A DNA stretch of 64,000 nt from Hemiscyllium ocellatum (taxonomy: Eukaryota): positions 37,385,731 through 37,449,730 of the forward strand of contig NC_083404.1 of assembly GCF_020745735.1 (NCBI RefSeq). The letters run 5' to 3'. Of this stretch, positions 20,503 to 35,005 are shown one piece after another. The position numbers were made by a program, and so were the translations under genes. The notes below the pieces were generated by a model, which was not told where the DNA came from, did not search any database, and saw only the letters and a list, made by a program, of their open reading frames with translations. How positions within the stretch are numbered: the first letter of the stretch is position 1; each line of letters begins with the position of its first letter.

Positions 20503-21870
20503 CAAAAAACAGAAATTGTTGTAAAAACTCAAGATCTGACAGCATCTGTGGAGAGAGAAACAGTGTTAACATTTTGAGTCCATGGACCCTTCTTCAGAAG
20601 TGATAATGACTAGGAAAGGGTTGGTGTATATGATGAAGACAAAGGTAAGTGGTGGTGGAACCCAGAGAGAGTGAATAACAAAGAAAGAAATGGATAATGG
20701 CAAGCCAGGGAGAAAGAAAAGTTGCTAATGGAGACCATTAGTGGGTGAAAATGGGTTGACTGTGGTGAAAGGATGTGATGACACAGATTGGTGTGTGGAA
20801 ATTGGTGTAAGGACTTGGAAGAAGGTGCTTGAGCCCTAAAATGATTCAACTCAATATTGAGTCCTGAGACTGCAGTGACCCACAAATAGAAAATGAAATG
20901 CTGTTCTTCCAGCTTGCTCTGACCTTCACTAAAGCACAACAGATCTGGGATGGAAATATTTGCCACAGAACGCAGTAGTGTGTTGAAGTGACAAGCAACC
21001 AGAAGCTCAGATTCATTCTTACGGACAAAACATAAGTATTCTGCAAAGCAGTTGCCCAGTCTGCATTTCATCTCCCCATTGTAGGGGATACCACATTGTG
21101 AACAGTGAATGCAGTAGACTAGAGTGAGTCGAATGTAGGTAAATTGCCACTTCACCAGGAAGGTGCATCTGGTGCATCTTGGATAGTGAGTAGGGAGGAA
21201 GTAAACGGGCAGGTTTTATACCTTCTGTGGTTACACAGCAAGGTGACCTGTGGATGTTGGGATGTGTTAAGAGTGGAGAAGTGGATCAGGTGTCCTGGAT
21301 GGAACAGTCCCTAATTGGGAAGGGATATGCATTTGGTGATGGCATCCCATTGGAGGTGTTGGAATTCACAGCTAATGATCCCTCGGATGTGGAGGCTGAT
21401 GAGCTGGAAAGTGAGGACCAGGGGGCCCTATTGGTGTTGAGGGAGAGAAAAAGAAGGGCCTGAGGGCAGAAGAGGGGAAGATGATTTAAACATGACTGAA
21501 GGGCCTGTCAACCACACTGATGGGGAATCCTCATTTGAGGAAAAAAAGGTGGATATTTCTGAGGACCTCTGTGGAAGGTGGCATCATCAAAACAGATGTG
21601 ACAGAGAGGGAGGAACTGGGAGAAATGGGGTAGAGTCTTTACAGAAAGCAAGGTGTGAGGATATATAGTCAAGGTAACTGTGAGAGTTGCTGGGTTTGTA
21701 GTGGATGTTAGTAGCCAGCCTATCCCTAGGAATAGAAAACAGAGATGTTGAGACTGGAAAGGAGAGAGTCAGAAATGGACTAAGTTAAGGTGAGAGTTGA
21801 AAATTGGAACCAAGTTGATAAGTTTTTCCAATTCCAGGTGAGACAGGGAAACAACACTAATGATGTTAGC
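20503..21870 (-). mobile_element. Penelope-like element 3' part: RT C-terminus, GIY-YIG endonuclease, pLTR with decayed hammerhead
   Basis: Reverse TNIHYKPSNSHSYLDY (~21655-21715). ORF 20610-21155 VYCIHCSQCGIPYNGEMKCRLGNCFAEYL...LEEQHFIF...GLNIELNHF is a decayed GIY-YIG. CTGAAGA-A-GGGTC catg GACTC-AAAA-TGTT at 20565-20600. Confidence 0.85.
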
Positions 21871-23665
21871 AATGCACTGATTTTAATGATAACATGTGCC
21901 CTCATCCTCCAAGTTAGATCAGCTCAGTTATCATAAGGCATCAGCTTTATTCTAGATTCAGGGCTTCATTTGGTTTTTGGCCATGGTAGGCAATGGCAGG
22001 GTCTCACAAACTACCACTACCATCCTGAAAGACAATGGCAGCTGATGCAAAAAAGCACCCCACCTGCAAGTTCTCCTCCAAGCCACTTACCATCCTTAAA
22101 CTATATAATTATTGTCACAATTCAAGGAAGCAGCTCACTGTCTCCTTATCAAGAGTATTGGGGATGGGCAACAAAAACTGAAGTAACTAAAATAACTAGC
22201 TTCGCTGTCATGTTCCCTAAGACCCAAAGTCCTGGGACTTCTAAAGTCCTTACCATTTACTAAATGATCCTATGCGGTAGCCTCCTGTATTTGTTTCTTT
22301 CTTTAAAAAATAAAATGTGGCTTGATATCATCAATGGCAATCTCAACGTTGCCTTTGTGGTTTGTGTGTAAACAGTTTGAACAAGACACTGCTGTAGTAC
22401 TGGAAGGCTATGCAACTTTCCACCATCTCTGTTAGTGTTGAAATCCAAAACACATAATAAAACATCCTAATGTAAACCACCTCGACTGATTCAGATCGCT
22501 TGTCTGCAAGATCTTTTAAATAAAATTCATGTGTGTAAACCACCATTATACAAGTTGTAAGCTTAAAACACAGAATGCTTAAAACCAGAGGTACTTTTAA
22601 TCTACTTGTTCAGATATGCTGTAAAATACCTTAACAGCATGTAGGATCTGAATTTGGACTACCTGGCTCAGAGGGAGGGACACTATCACTGTACCACAGG
22701 AATCATTCTGCTACCTTTATGTGCAGAGTAGGCACCATGATTCTTGGTGTCAGGCATTCCAATAAAGGTCATTCACCTTTATAAGTAAACATTATTGATC
22801 TATCAATTTGAATGAGTAAGACTATTTTGTCATGGATTTATTTATAGATCCGTATCTGGTGTGTGAACAGTAATACAATAGAAATAACCATTTTTAGATA
22901 TTCACATTAGCATATGAAGGAAATCATTGCAATGATAATGAAACAGGGTTTCACATTGCTATTAAACACTCAATAAATGTGAGTTTAAAACCATCCTATC
23001 GGTGAAGTAGCTGTAATAGTTCCAACTTTCCCACTACTGAATCTATACCAAGTTTCCTGTAGCTAGTTGCAAGCTTAATTTCAGACCCATTGATCTTAAG
23101 CTTATTTTCAATCATACTGTTCAAATGTATTATGGCACATCTCTGGAGCAGGTGGGACTTGATCCCAGGCAGGGATACGGCCATCATATCACAAAAGACC
23201 CTTGAAAAGGGAAATAGACTTTACACAATCTTATCATTCATTAACTCCCAGATTGTATAAACTGTGAGGCTGTCAGAAACTATTAAAAATATCAACTGAT
23301 ATCTGGGTCAGTACCATCTCAAAATCAGAGCAGTGGTGAGGGAAAGGTTTCTATTCACATTTCTGGAATTAAATTAGATAATTAAATCCTTCAAGTTGCA
23401 CGCAAAAAAGCCCAAATTTACCAATTGATCATTTGTTAAATGCAACATTCAGAAAAATATTTCAATCTATTAAACTCATTTACAATATGTATTCCTGGAA
23501 GGAATCCTGGTGGAATTTGATGAATCTTTCCGGCAATGGGGAATGTGCTCTGTCCTGTTCTTATCAAACAACAGCTGAGAATAGTCAATTTTTTATTAGT
23601 TCCTTTATTTAATTGAGAAGACATAGGTATTGACTCGCTAATGTATAAAGAGAAGGATATTTCTT

Positions 23666-25575
23666 GGTCATAGAGTCATAGAGATGTACAGCATGGAAAC
23701 AGACCCTTCGGTGCAACCCGTCCATGCTGACCAGATATCCCAATCCAATCTACTCCCACCTGCCAACATCCGGCCCATATCCCTTCAAATCCTTCCTATT
23801 CATATACCCATCCAAATGCCTCTTAAATGTTGCAATTGTACCAGCCTCCACCATTTCCTCTGGCAGCCCATTCCATTACATGTCCCACACTCTGCATGAA
23901 AAAGTTGTCCCTTAGGTCTCTTTTATTTCTTTCCCTTCTCACCCTAAACCTACACCCTCTTGTGCTGGACTCCCCGAGCCAGGGAAAAGACTTTGTCTAT
24001 TTATCCTATCCATGTCCCTCATAATTTTGTAAACGTCTATAAGGTCACCCCTCAGCCTCCGATGCTCCAGGGAAAACAGCCCCAACCTGTTCAGCCTCTC
24101 CCTGTAGCTCAGATCCTCCAACCCTGGCACAACATCCTTGTAAATCTTTTCTGAACCCTTTCAAGTTTCACAACATCTTTCCAAAAGGAGACCAGAATTG
24201 CACACAATATTCCAACAGTGGCCTAACCAATGTCTTGTACAGCCGCAACATGACCTCCCAACACGTGTACTCGATACTCTGATCAATAAAGGAAAGCATA
24301 CCAAACGCCTTCTTCACTATCCTATCTACTTGTGACTCCACTTTCAACAAGCTATGAACCTGCACTCCAAGGTCTCTTTGTTCAGCAACACTCTCTAGGG
24401 CCTTACCATTAAGTGTATAAGTCCTGCTAAGATTTGCTTTCCCAAAATGCAGCACCTCACATTTATCTGAATTAAACTCCATCTGCCACTTCTCAGCCCA
24501 TTGGCCTATCTGGTCCAGATCCTGTTGTAATCTGAGGTAACCCTCTTCGCTGTCCACTACACCTCCAACTTTTGTGTCATCTGCAAACTTACTAACTGTA
24601 TCTCTTATGCTAGCAACCAAATTATTTATGTAAGTGACAAAAAGTAGAGGGCCCAGCACCAATCCTTGTGGCACTCCACTGGTCACAGGCCTCCAGTCTG
24701 AAAAACAACCCTCCACCACCATCCTCTGTCTTCTACCTTTGAGCCAGTTCTGTATCCAAATGGCTAGTTCTCCCTTTATTCCATGAGAGCTAACCTTGCT
24801 AATCAGCCTCCCATGGGGAACCTTGTCGAACACCTTGCTGAAGTCCATATAGATCACATCAAATGCTCTGCCCTCATCAATCTTCTTTGTTACTTCTTCA
24901 AAAAACTCAATCAAGTTTATGAGACATGATTTCCCACCCACTATCCCGAATCAGTCCTTGCCTTTCCAAATACATGTACATCTTGTCCCTTAGGATTCCC
25001 TCCAACAACTTGCCCACCATCGAGGTCAGGCTCACCCATCTATAGCTCTTTGGCTTGTCTTTACCACCCTTCTTAAACAGTGGCATCACATTTGCCAACC
25101 TCCAGTCTTCCGGCACCTCACCCGTGACTATCGATGATACAAATATCTCAGCAAGAGGCCCAGCAAACACTTCTCTAGCTTCCCACAGAGTTCTCGGTAC
25201 ACCTGATCAGGTCCTGGGGATTTATCAACCTTTAACCGTTTCAAGACATCCAGCACTTCCTCCTCTGTAATCTGGACATTTTGCAAGAAGTCACCAATCA
25301 TTTCCCTACAGTCTATATCTTCCATATCCTTTTCCACAGTAAATACTGATGCAAAATATTCATTCAGTATCTCCCCCATTTTCTGTGGTTCCACACAAAG
25401 ACCGCCTTGCTGATCTTTTAGAGGCCCTATTACCCTTTTGTCCTTAATGTATTTGTAAAAACCCTATGGATTCCCCTTAATTCTTTTTGCCAAAGCTATC
25501 TGATGTTCCCGTTTTGCCCTCCTGATTTCCCTCTTAAATATACTCCTACTTTCTTTATACTCTTCTAAGGATGTT
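23666..25575 (-). mobile_element. CR1-type LINE, 5'-truncated
   Basis: RT ORF 24168-24941 (DFSKVFDKVPHG...SGVPQG..LGPLLF...KFADDTKVGG). Confidence 0.92.
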
Positions 25576-25924
25576 AAAATAAATTTAAGTTATTATTTGC
25601 TGTCTCAATGTTGCAAAAATGATGACACTGTTTAAATTTAGCCACATGAATAGCAAAGTCATGCAATATAATATATAAACCAGGGTGTGCTTGCATATCT
25701 ATAACATTTCTTTATTTCCAGATGATGAGACAGAAAATTGATATGATAATGACATTTGGAAATAAAAGCGCAAAGGAACAGGAGCAAAGTCTACCCCCGT
25801 CCCCTGCCTCAACCACACTGCATCGCCATCCAGTGAGATCATCGCAGATTTGTGGTCTAATCCAGACATCTGCTTTTGATACTTATCCCTATTGGCTTTT
25901 GTTGGGGTAGCCCATGGTCAGAGG

Positions 25925-28078
25925 TCATAGTCATAGAGTCATAGAGTGTACAGCACGGAAACAGACCCTTCAGTACAACCCGTCCATGCCGACCAGATAT
26001 CCCAACACAATCTAGTCCCACCTGCCAACATCCGGCCCATATCCCTCCAAACCCTTCCTATTCGTATACCCATCCAAATGCCTCTTAAATGTTGCAATTG
26101 TACCAGCCTCCACCACTTCCTCTGGCAGCTCATTCCATTACATGTACCACCCTCTGCATGGAAACTTTGCCCCTTAGGTTTCTTTTATATCTTTCCCTTC
26201 TCACCCTACACCCACGCTCTCTAGTTCTGTACTCCCCGACCCCAGGGAAAAGACTTTGTCTATTTATCCTATCCATGTCCCTCATAATTTTGTAAACCTC
26301 TATAAGGTCACCCCTCAGCCTCCGATGCTCCAGGGAAAACAGCCCCAACCTGTTCAGCCTCTCCTCATAGCTCAAATCCTCCAACCCTGGCAACATCCTT
26401 GTAAATCTTTTCTGAACCCTTTCAATTCCAAACCCTGCCTCACAGCGCCAGAGACTCGGGTTCAAATCCCGCCTCAGGCAACCCCACTGTCTGTGTGGGG
26501 TTTGCACATTCTCCCCATGTCTGCATGGGTTTCCTTCGGGTACTCCGGTTTCCTCCCACAGTCCAAAAATGTGCAGGTTAGGTGAATTGGCCATGCTAAT
26601 TTGCCTGTAGTGTTAGGTGAAGGGATAAATATAGGGGAATGGGTCTGGGTGGGTTGCTCTTCGGAGGGTCAGTGTGGACTTGTTGGGCCAAAGGGCCTGT
26701 TTCCACACTGGAAGTAATCTAGTCTAATCTAAAACAATTTTCACAACATATTTCTGATAGGATGGAGACCAGAATTGCACGCAATATTGCAACAGTGGCC
26801 TAACCAATGTCCTGTACAGCTGCAATATGACCTCCCAACTCCTGTACTCAATACTCTGACCAATAAAAGAAAGCATACCAAATGCCTTCTTCACTATCCT
26901 ATTGAACTGTGGCTCACTTTCAAGGAGCTATGAACTTGCACTCCAAGGTCTCTTTGTTCAGCAACACTCCCTAGGACCTTACAATTAAGTCCTACTAAGA
27001 TTTGCTTTCCCAAAATGCGACACCTAGCATTTATCTGAATTAAACTCCAAATGCCACTTCTCTGCCCATTGGCCCATCTGATCAAGATCCTGTTGTAATC
27101 TAAGGTAACCTTCTTCACTGTCCACTACACTTACAATTTGATGTCATCTGCAAACATACTAACCATACCTCTTATGCTTGCATCCAAATCATTTATATAA
27201 ATGCCAAAAAGTAGAGGACCCAAGACCGATTCTTGTGGCACTCCACCGATCACAGGCCTCCAGTCTGAAAGAAACCCTCCACCACCACCCTCTATCTTCT
27301 ACCTTTGAGCCAGTTCTGTATCCAAAGGGTGAGTTCTCCCTGTATTCCATGAGATCTAACCTTGCTAATCAGTCTCCCATGGGGAACCTTGCCGAACGCC
27401 TTACTGAAGTCCATATAGATCACATCTACTGCTCTGCCCTCATCAATCCTCTTCAAAAAACTCAATCAAGTTTGTGAGACATGATTTCCCATGCACAAAG
27501 CCATGTTGACTATCCCTAATCAGTCCTTGCCTTTCCAAATACATGTACATCCTGTCCCTCAGGATTCCCTCCAACAACTTGCCCATCACCGACATTAGGC
27601 TCACTGGTTTGTAGTTCCCTGGCTTGTCCTTACTGCCCTTCTTAAACAGTGGCACCACTTTAGCCAACCTTCAGTCTTCCGGCACCTCACCTGTGACTAT
27701 TGATGATACAAATATCTCAGCAATCACTTCTCTAGCTTCCCACAAAGTTCTCGGGTAAGCCTGATCAGGTCTATGGGATTTATCCACCTTTATGCATTTC
27801 AAGACATCCAGCACTTCCTCCTCTGTAATATGGACACTTTTCAAGATGTCACCATCTACTTCCCTACATTCTATATCTTCCATGTCCTTTTCCACAGTAA
27901 ATATTGATGCAAAATACTCATTTAGTATCTCCCCCATTTTCTGCGACTCAACACAAAGGCTGCCTTGCTGATCTTTGAGGGGCCCTATTCTCTCCCTAGT
28001 TACCCTTTTGTCCTTAATGTATTTGTAAAAACCCTTTGGATTCTCCTTAATGCTATTTGCCAAAGCTATTTCATGTAG
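25925..28078 (-). mobile_element. CR1-type LINE, 5'-truncated, with a nested SINE
   Basis: Same subfamily as 23666-25575; interrupted at ~26430-26735. Confidence 0.9.
26436..26734 (+). mobile_element. HE1-like SINE nested in CR1
   Basis: ctgcctcacagcgccagagactcgggttcaaatccc ... gggcctgtttccacactg...taatcta tail. Confidence 0.88.
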
Positions 28079-28786
28079 CACAAAATGGCTGCCTATTGGC
28101 ATAAACATGATGGAGATTTTTAGCTGCAATAACAGGATATTAGCTTGCCTGGTCCAGCATTAAACTGAGCACAATGGTAGCTTTGAGAAGGAGATAAATT
28201 GAAAGTAACCAGCTCTATTTTGAATAAAGATTCCTACAAATGAATATACAGGGAGTTCTGTATAAATCACAGCTGCAGATGTCTGTAAAAAGCAGTCTGA
28301 TATAAGAATTGTATGGGAACAGACAGCCTGAAGTTTGTTGCAAGAATTAAAAAGCAAAGTATGATCCCACAATAACAGAGACAAATGATAATTAAAAGAA
28401 TTATAAGATGATGCATTGTAAAAACCTAGGAGTTCAGACAAGTGGTTGCATTTCAGTCTTATTAATGGAGTAGATGTTATCTTATTAGGTGAAAAGTAAG
28501 TGTAGAAATATTTAGAGTTGGATCAGTAGATTTCATCTTAAAAGCATGTGACTAACTTGAGTTATTGTGCAGCTACAAGATAGAGGGGCAGTGTTTACCT
28601 GACCTTTCATGCTATTCATCTTATATTTCCTACTCTATTAATCACGAGATACAAAATAGTGCTAATTCCTATTAAATTCATAATATCATTCTAATAGAAA
28701 GTTAGCTATGCTGAGAGTTGTATGGTTATACCTAATGTTAGAATGCTATAACCATACAACTCTCAACATAACTAACTTTCTATTAG

Positions 28787-28916
28787 GAAAAAGTGAGGAC
28801 TGCAGTTGCTGCAGATCAGAATTGAGAGTGTAGTGCTGGAAAAGCACAGCGGATCAGGTAGCATCCGAGAGGCAAGAGAATTGACATTTCAGGCATAAGC
28901 CCTTCATCAGGAATCC
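28787..28916 (-). mobile_element. Penelope-like pLTR fragment with a hammerhead core
   Basis: Minus strand ATTC-CTGATGA-A-GGGC ttat GCCT-GAAA-TGTC at 28879-28914; same family as 3435-3626. Confidence 0.8.
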
Positions 28917-30630
28917 TAACTCAGGGCTACTGTTAGATCAGTTCTTATTACAGGACCAAAAGTAACTGAATACCATCCACTTGCTTGAATGAATGAGGCT
29001 CCAACAACACTCAAAACAACTTGTCACCATCCTGAACAAAGCAGCCCAGTTAATAGGCACTCCTTCCGTTAGCTTCAGCATTCATTCCATTCATCACTGA
29101 TGAAAAGCCACATTATTGTGTATCATCTATAAGATTCACAGCGGCAACTTATCAAGACTCCTTCACCAGCATTTTCCAAACCACGACCTCTACATTCAGA
29201 AGGTACATAGGAATGCTCCCAACTGCAAGTTCCCCTTTGAGCCAAACATCATTCTGACTTAGAACTAATTTGTCTTATTCCTTCAGTATCAAAAACACCT
29301 GGAATTCCCTTTCTAAAAGTATTGTGGGTGCATCTACACCAGATGGTCTAAGTGATTCATAAAGATAACTCATCAGTACCTTCTCAAGGGCAGCTGGAAA
29401 TGACCATTAAATATTGGCCTTAGCAATACACCATGAGAGAACTTTTTTTAAGATTACTTATTTTTCACTCTATCCTACTCGCATGCAGTATATCAGAAGA
29501 CACCATCTTCCAGCACTGCATCTTCCAGTATTGCTTTATATTTAAATTAAAAACAGAAAATGCTGAAGAAACTTGGCAGGTCTGGCAGCATCTTTGGAGA
29601 GAGAAACAAAGTTTTCTGTTTTTCTTTCAGATCTCCAGCATCCACAGTATTTACTGTTATTTGATTGCTTTGTGGCTGTTAGGTATTTGGCTGGATGAAT
29701 TGGCTTTATTCCGATTGGCCAGATGCCCAGGCATTGCAACACGCCTCTTCACAGGTGTGTGCCTGAGACTGGGGACTGAGGGAATCGGGGAAGACTGGAG
29801 GTGTGGACTGGCACTGGGCAAAGGTGAGGTGAGGTAAGGTAAGATGAGGTGAAGGAGAACAAAGGAACTGTGAGGCCTGGCCAGTTATGCATTCTTGGGT
29901 AATGTTTTTCAATTGAAGTGCAGTATTAGATTAGCAGAAGAGTAACTAGTATAGTTTCCTTCAACTGTTCACAATTTCTATGTGGGAATAATTTGATACT
30001 TGGATACTTTGACACTTGATACTTTAGCAACCTTTGAGAATAAAAGAGTGAATTGATTAAGTTAATACTCTGTGTCTCATAAACTCAGCTTCAATTAGGT
30101 TAACTGTTGCCTGAGAAAGATACAGTCAACACAATGAATTGAGATTTCAAGAGCATTTTGAATCATAGTATTAACTTATTATTATTTTGCCAACATAACA
30201 CCAAAACCCTATCAATCAGTTGGGCTCCATTTGTTTAAAAATTAGATTGTATTTTGATCAAACATTCCTTTCAAACTGAGAGTAAGTGACAACTGGAAAT
30301 GTGCATTGCCAATTCAACATCCCTCTGGTTTGGCCTAAAGAATTCACTCTGTTCTTTTTCAAGATGAGTTGCTATTAAACAGTTGTGGAGTGCAAAACTG
30401 AGAGGTCAGAACCTTGGGTAGGGTCTCTGAGCAACCAACTATTTCATAAAAGGTTGACAGGCAAAATTAACTCTCTCAGGATTTGATGCACTTGCATTTG
30501 AGAAGCTGAAGGCTCAGAATCAGGGTCAGGATGGACTCTGGAACTTATGCTATTGTAGCCACTAGATGGCACTATATCTTTATCGGTCTCCAATGGGCAC
30601 TTATAGAGATATATATACATACTAAATTAG

Positions 30631-30632
30631 TA

Positions 30633-30676
<44 letters not shown>

Positions 30677-30690
30677 TATATATACACACA
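30631..30690. repeat. Compound (TG)n(TA)n(CA)n microsatellite
   Basis: Seen directly; 30631-30678 is a perfect 48-bp palindrome. Confidence 0.95.
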
Positions 30691-32059
30691 TAAAACCTTT
30701 CTGTATGCTCACCCAAACAAGCTCAGAAATTTTGTGTTATCAAAAAGACGTTATGACCCTTTCTGTGTTTGGAGAGTTGCCGAACATGGGATCTGAGACC
30801 CCTCTCAGGCTGACCCTGAAATGGGCAGAAACAAATAAAAATATCACAGAGCAATGGAGCTGGGGACCAGGACCCCCTTATCCACCTGATTTACATAGTT
30901 ATGAGTCCACAATTACACACCCCACCTCGCCAACAGGGAGTGTGGTCTCGAGTTAACTACGAGGACAAGACCAGCATAACACAACTTTAACCTGTGCTTT
31001 GAATGAAAACTAAAATGAAGCTTTGCATTCATGTACCACTTTTCACAATCACTATTTGTGGCCAGCACTTTGCAGTCAATTCTACAGAAAACATGGCAGC
31101 CAATATTACGGCAGCAAACTCCCCCAAACAGTGTTGTGATAATGATCAGATATGTTGATTGAAAATAAATATTGACCTCCATGTACCAAGGGAAACTCTT
31201 TGCACCTGGTGAAGAAGAATCCTCTGGCACAGTTCATAGGGAAATCAATGCTGTATTAATTAGGACTTCAGTTCTGAAGAAAGGTCTCTGGACTGCAAAC
31301 ATTAATTTGGCCTTTTCTCCACAGTTGCTGCCAGACCAGACTGCCACAGTTTCTCCAGCAATTTCGGTTTTTACTTATGTTGATCTAATTATCCTTCTGT
31401 TATGCTGGTAATTGCACACACTGTATAAGCCACCCCAGGTCCGGTTGAATAATATCCTTCCTTGTAGGATATTAGTGATCCCAGTTGAGTTTTAACAACA
31501 TCTATTAGATCGTATGCTTTCTTTCAAGTCCCATAAATGATCAGATTTATCAAAACAATTCACAGTTTGCCAAAGACAAATTTAACCTTAGAAATTGGAG
31601 GAATAATATTGAAGATTATTGATGACACTAAGTTGTGACAGAAATTGTAAAATATTCCTTATCTCATTTTAAAACTCATATTTTTCTTTCTTCCAATGGC
31701 ATTAACTCAACTCTGACTCTTCCAGCCTTCCAATCTTTCAAGATCTAAGGTCTTCTTCACTTCTAGCCTCATGCACATCCCTAATTTTAAATCGTGCAGC
31801 TATTAGCTACCAAGGCCCTGAGATGTGGAATTCCTCCCTAAATGTCTGTGCCCCTCCATTTCTCTATTCCACCATTCCTTTTATAATGCTTCTTAAAACT
31901 TACCTATTTGACCAAAACTTTGGTCGGCTATTTGCAAGTTTTCTCATATGGTAGTGACAAGTCTGTTTGATAATATTCCAGTTCAGCATCTTGGAGGACT
32001 TGATTACATTGAAGGTGTGATATAAATGCAAATAGGTTTTAAGTAAATGAATAGGGTCA

Positions 32060-32915
32060 GAAGTGGAAATGTTCACCGATGATTGCACAGTGGTCAGCAC
32101 CATTCGTGACTCCTCAGATACTGAAGCAGTCTGAGCTCAAATGCAAGAAGTTCTGGACAATATCCAGGCTTGGGCTGACAAGTGGCAAGTAACATTTGTG
32201 CCACACAAATGTCAGACAATGACCATCACCGATAAGAGACACTCTAACCACTGCCCCTTGACAGTCAATGGTATTACCATCACTGAATCCTCCACTGTCA
32301 ACATCTTTGTGGTTATCATTGACCAAAAACTCAACTGTACTCACCACATTAACACAGTGACATCCCAAATTTGACCTACCAGCTACAAGGCACAAGACAG
32401 GAGTGTGATGGAATACTCCCCACTTGGCTGGATGGGTGCAGCTCCAAAAACACTCAAGAAGCTTGACACCATCCAGGACAAAGCAACCCGCTTGATTTGC
32501 ACCACATCTACAAACATTCTATCCTTCCACCACTGGCGGTCAGTAGCAGCAGTGTGTACTATCTACAAGATGCACTGCAGAAATTCACCAAAGATCCTTA
32601 AACAGCGCCTTCCAAACCCACAACCACTTCCACCTATAAGGACAAGGGCAGCAGGTGCTTGGGAACACCATCACCTGCAAGTTCCCCTCTAAGCCACTCA
32701 CCAACCTGACTTGGAAATATATCGCTGTTCCTTCACAGTTGTTGGGTCAAAATCCTGGAATTTCCCCCCTGTCAGCATTGTGCGTCAACCCACAGCAAGT
32801 GGACTGCAGCGATTCAAGTAGGCAGCTCACCATCACCTTCTCAAGGGCAAATCGGGATGGACTATCAATGCTGTCCAGCCAATGACACCAAAGTCCCACA
32901 AATGAATAAAAACAA
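32060..32915 (+). mobile_element. LINE RT 3' fragment (CR1/L2 group; family also seen at ~12895-13110 and ~28960-29430)
   Basis: MFTDDCT...QAWADKWQVTFVPHKCQ...MEYSPL.W motifs and a shared 3' UTR. Confidence 0.75.
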
Positions 32916-34645
32916 AGGGTGAGTAAATGTCTGATATTGTAAGGAAAGAGGTAATCAGACAACTCTGAAGTCTGCAAATGTTTCTTTGCTAGTCTTGCCT
33001 CATGTAGATATAGCCTTTAGTCTTTACCTGTTAAACAGTGAACAGGGAAATATAAACCGGTTCAAATACAGCAAGCACTGAACTGGCAATCTAAAACTGA
33101 TCTTTAATGCAAGTGTCAGTTTAGTAAATATAGTCCAGAGATATGATACTGCATATTGATTTTGTACATCAGTGAACTTTAACACAAAAATAACACAGGA
33201 AAAGCAATTTGTTTCTCGATGTAAACAATTGACTCATCATCTGTTTTAATTGAAATTTCTACAGAAAAGATGTTTGAGCAATTCAGAAAAGAGAATGGTG
33301 CATCACTGAGATAGGTCTACCATGCCAGTACTGGCAACAGTATGTACCTTGGCAGAGTACTTCTTACAATTTCCTGCAAATTCTCTCATGCTAGTTCACA
33401 AGCACCATTAGATCACCTTGGGTTTCAACTCTAGAGGTTCAACGCTAAAATATCTTGTGTCTCTCCACTTCCATTAAAACCTTATGAGTAAGTAATCTTT
33501 CAACCATGCTTTGGACTGCTCTGCTGAATATCAGATTACGGTTATACTGGTTGAATTGTAATTATATGCAAAAAGAATGAAGATAACAAATTAAGTGAAT
33601 TGTACAGAAAAATAATTTTAACTAAAGAAAGTTAATATTATTGATAAGATTCAAGCTAAGTAATGTTTAATTTGAATTTAATAAGGAATTTGTATCTTAA
33701 AGCATTGTTGTCAAATTTGTTTTGCTCTTTTCACAGATTGAGGCAGTCACTGGCTAGGCATCATTAATTGCTGATCACTAACTGTTCTTGAGTGGTGGTG
33801 AGTTGACTAGATATGCAACACATCTTCAGAAAAATAACTGGAACGTTGTTGCCTGTAGCCTTTACTGTATTCTGAGCCTTCAGCCATTTCATGATACCTT
33901 TTGAAATAAATCAAATTAGCTGAAGGCTGACATCACTGATGCTGGGGACCACAGGAAGAGGCTGAGATAAATCATCTACCTGGCGGAAGGTGGTTGTAAG
34001 CTTTTGTGTTTTGCATTGATGTGCTGATCTCCCCCATCATCTTTGAGGAGTTTCTTCCTCCAGTTAACTAGTTTTCCATTACCATTCACAACTGGATTTG
34101 TCAGGCCTGCAGAGGTTACATTTGTCCAACTGGTCATGATATCATAACTCTCTGTCAATTGTATGTTGCTTTTGCATTTGGCATGCAAATAGACCTAGTT
34201 TCACCAGGTTGATGAATAATTTTCGATATGCCCAGAGCAGCCCTTAGCATGCCTTCCTGTACTTTTTATTAAACCACCAGATGTCCTAAATCAATCTAGT
34301 ACCATTTGCCAGCATTTGGCTCATATTCCTCTAAACCCTTCCTATTTGTATACCCTTCAAAAGGCCTTTTAAATTTTGAAGTTGTACCAGCCTCCACCAC
34401 CTCCTCTGGCAGATTGTCCGCACTAGCACTACAATCTGTGCGAAAACATTGCCCCTTAGGTCCTTTTTAAATCTTTCCTCTCTCACCTTAAATCTAGGTC
34501 AGGTGTCAAAGGATTGGTGCAGACTCAATGGGTCTCTTTCCATACTGTAGGGAATTCTCTGATTCTATGATTGTATGATTCTCCATTACACTGTCAGTAC
34601 AGCCAGTGACAGATGTTTTGGAGACATGTAGATTGAAGTGAACAG

Positions 34646-35005
34646 AGAATCATAGAATCAGAAAATGCCTACAGTGTGGAAACAGGCCAGTCAGCCCATC
34701 AAGTCTGTACCAACCCTCTGACATCTTGACCCCACACATCCAAACTCCATCGCCCCACATTTCCTATGGCTAACCCACCTAGCCTGCAAATCTCTGGATA
34801 CTATGGGTCAATTTAGCACAGTCAGTCCACATAACCTGTCAATCTTTAGACTGTGGGAGGAAACTGGAACACCCAGCAAAAGCCCATGCAGACAGGGGAG
34901 AATGTTCAAACTCCAAACTCCATAGACAGTCACCCAAGGCTGGAATAGAACTCAGGTCCCTAGTGCTGTGAGGCAACAGTGCTAACCACTGAGCCAATAT
35001 GATGC
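34646..35005 (-). mobile_element. HE1-like SINE
   Basis: Reverse head gtgaggcaacagtgctaaccactgagcc; tail cagtgtggaaacaggcc with an agaatcat repeat. Confidence 0.8.

Noticed and set aside
23666-28078. Adjacent CR1 copies as a local tandem duplication
   Set aside because: They have different internal deletions and 5' truncation points and no duplicated unique flank; independent insertions are more likely.
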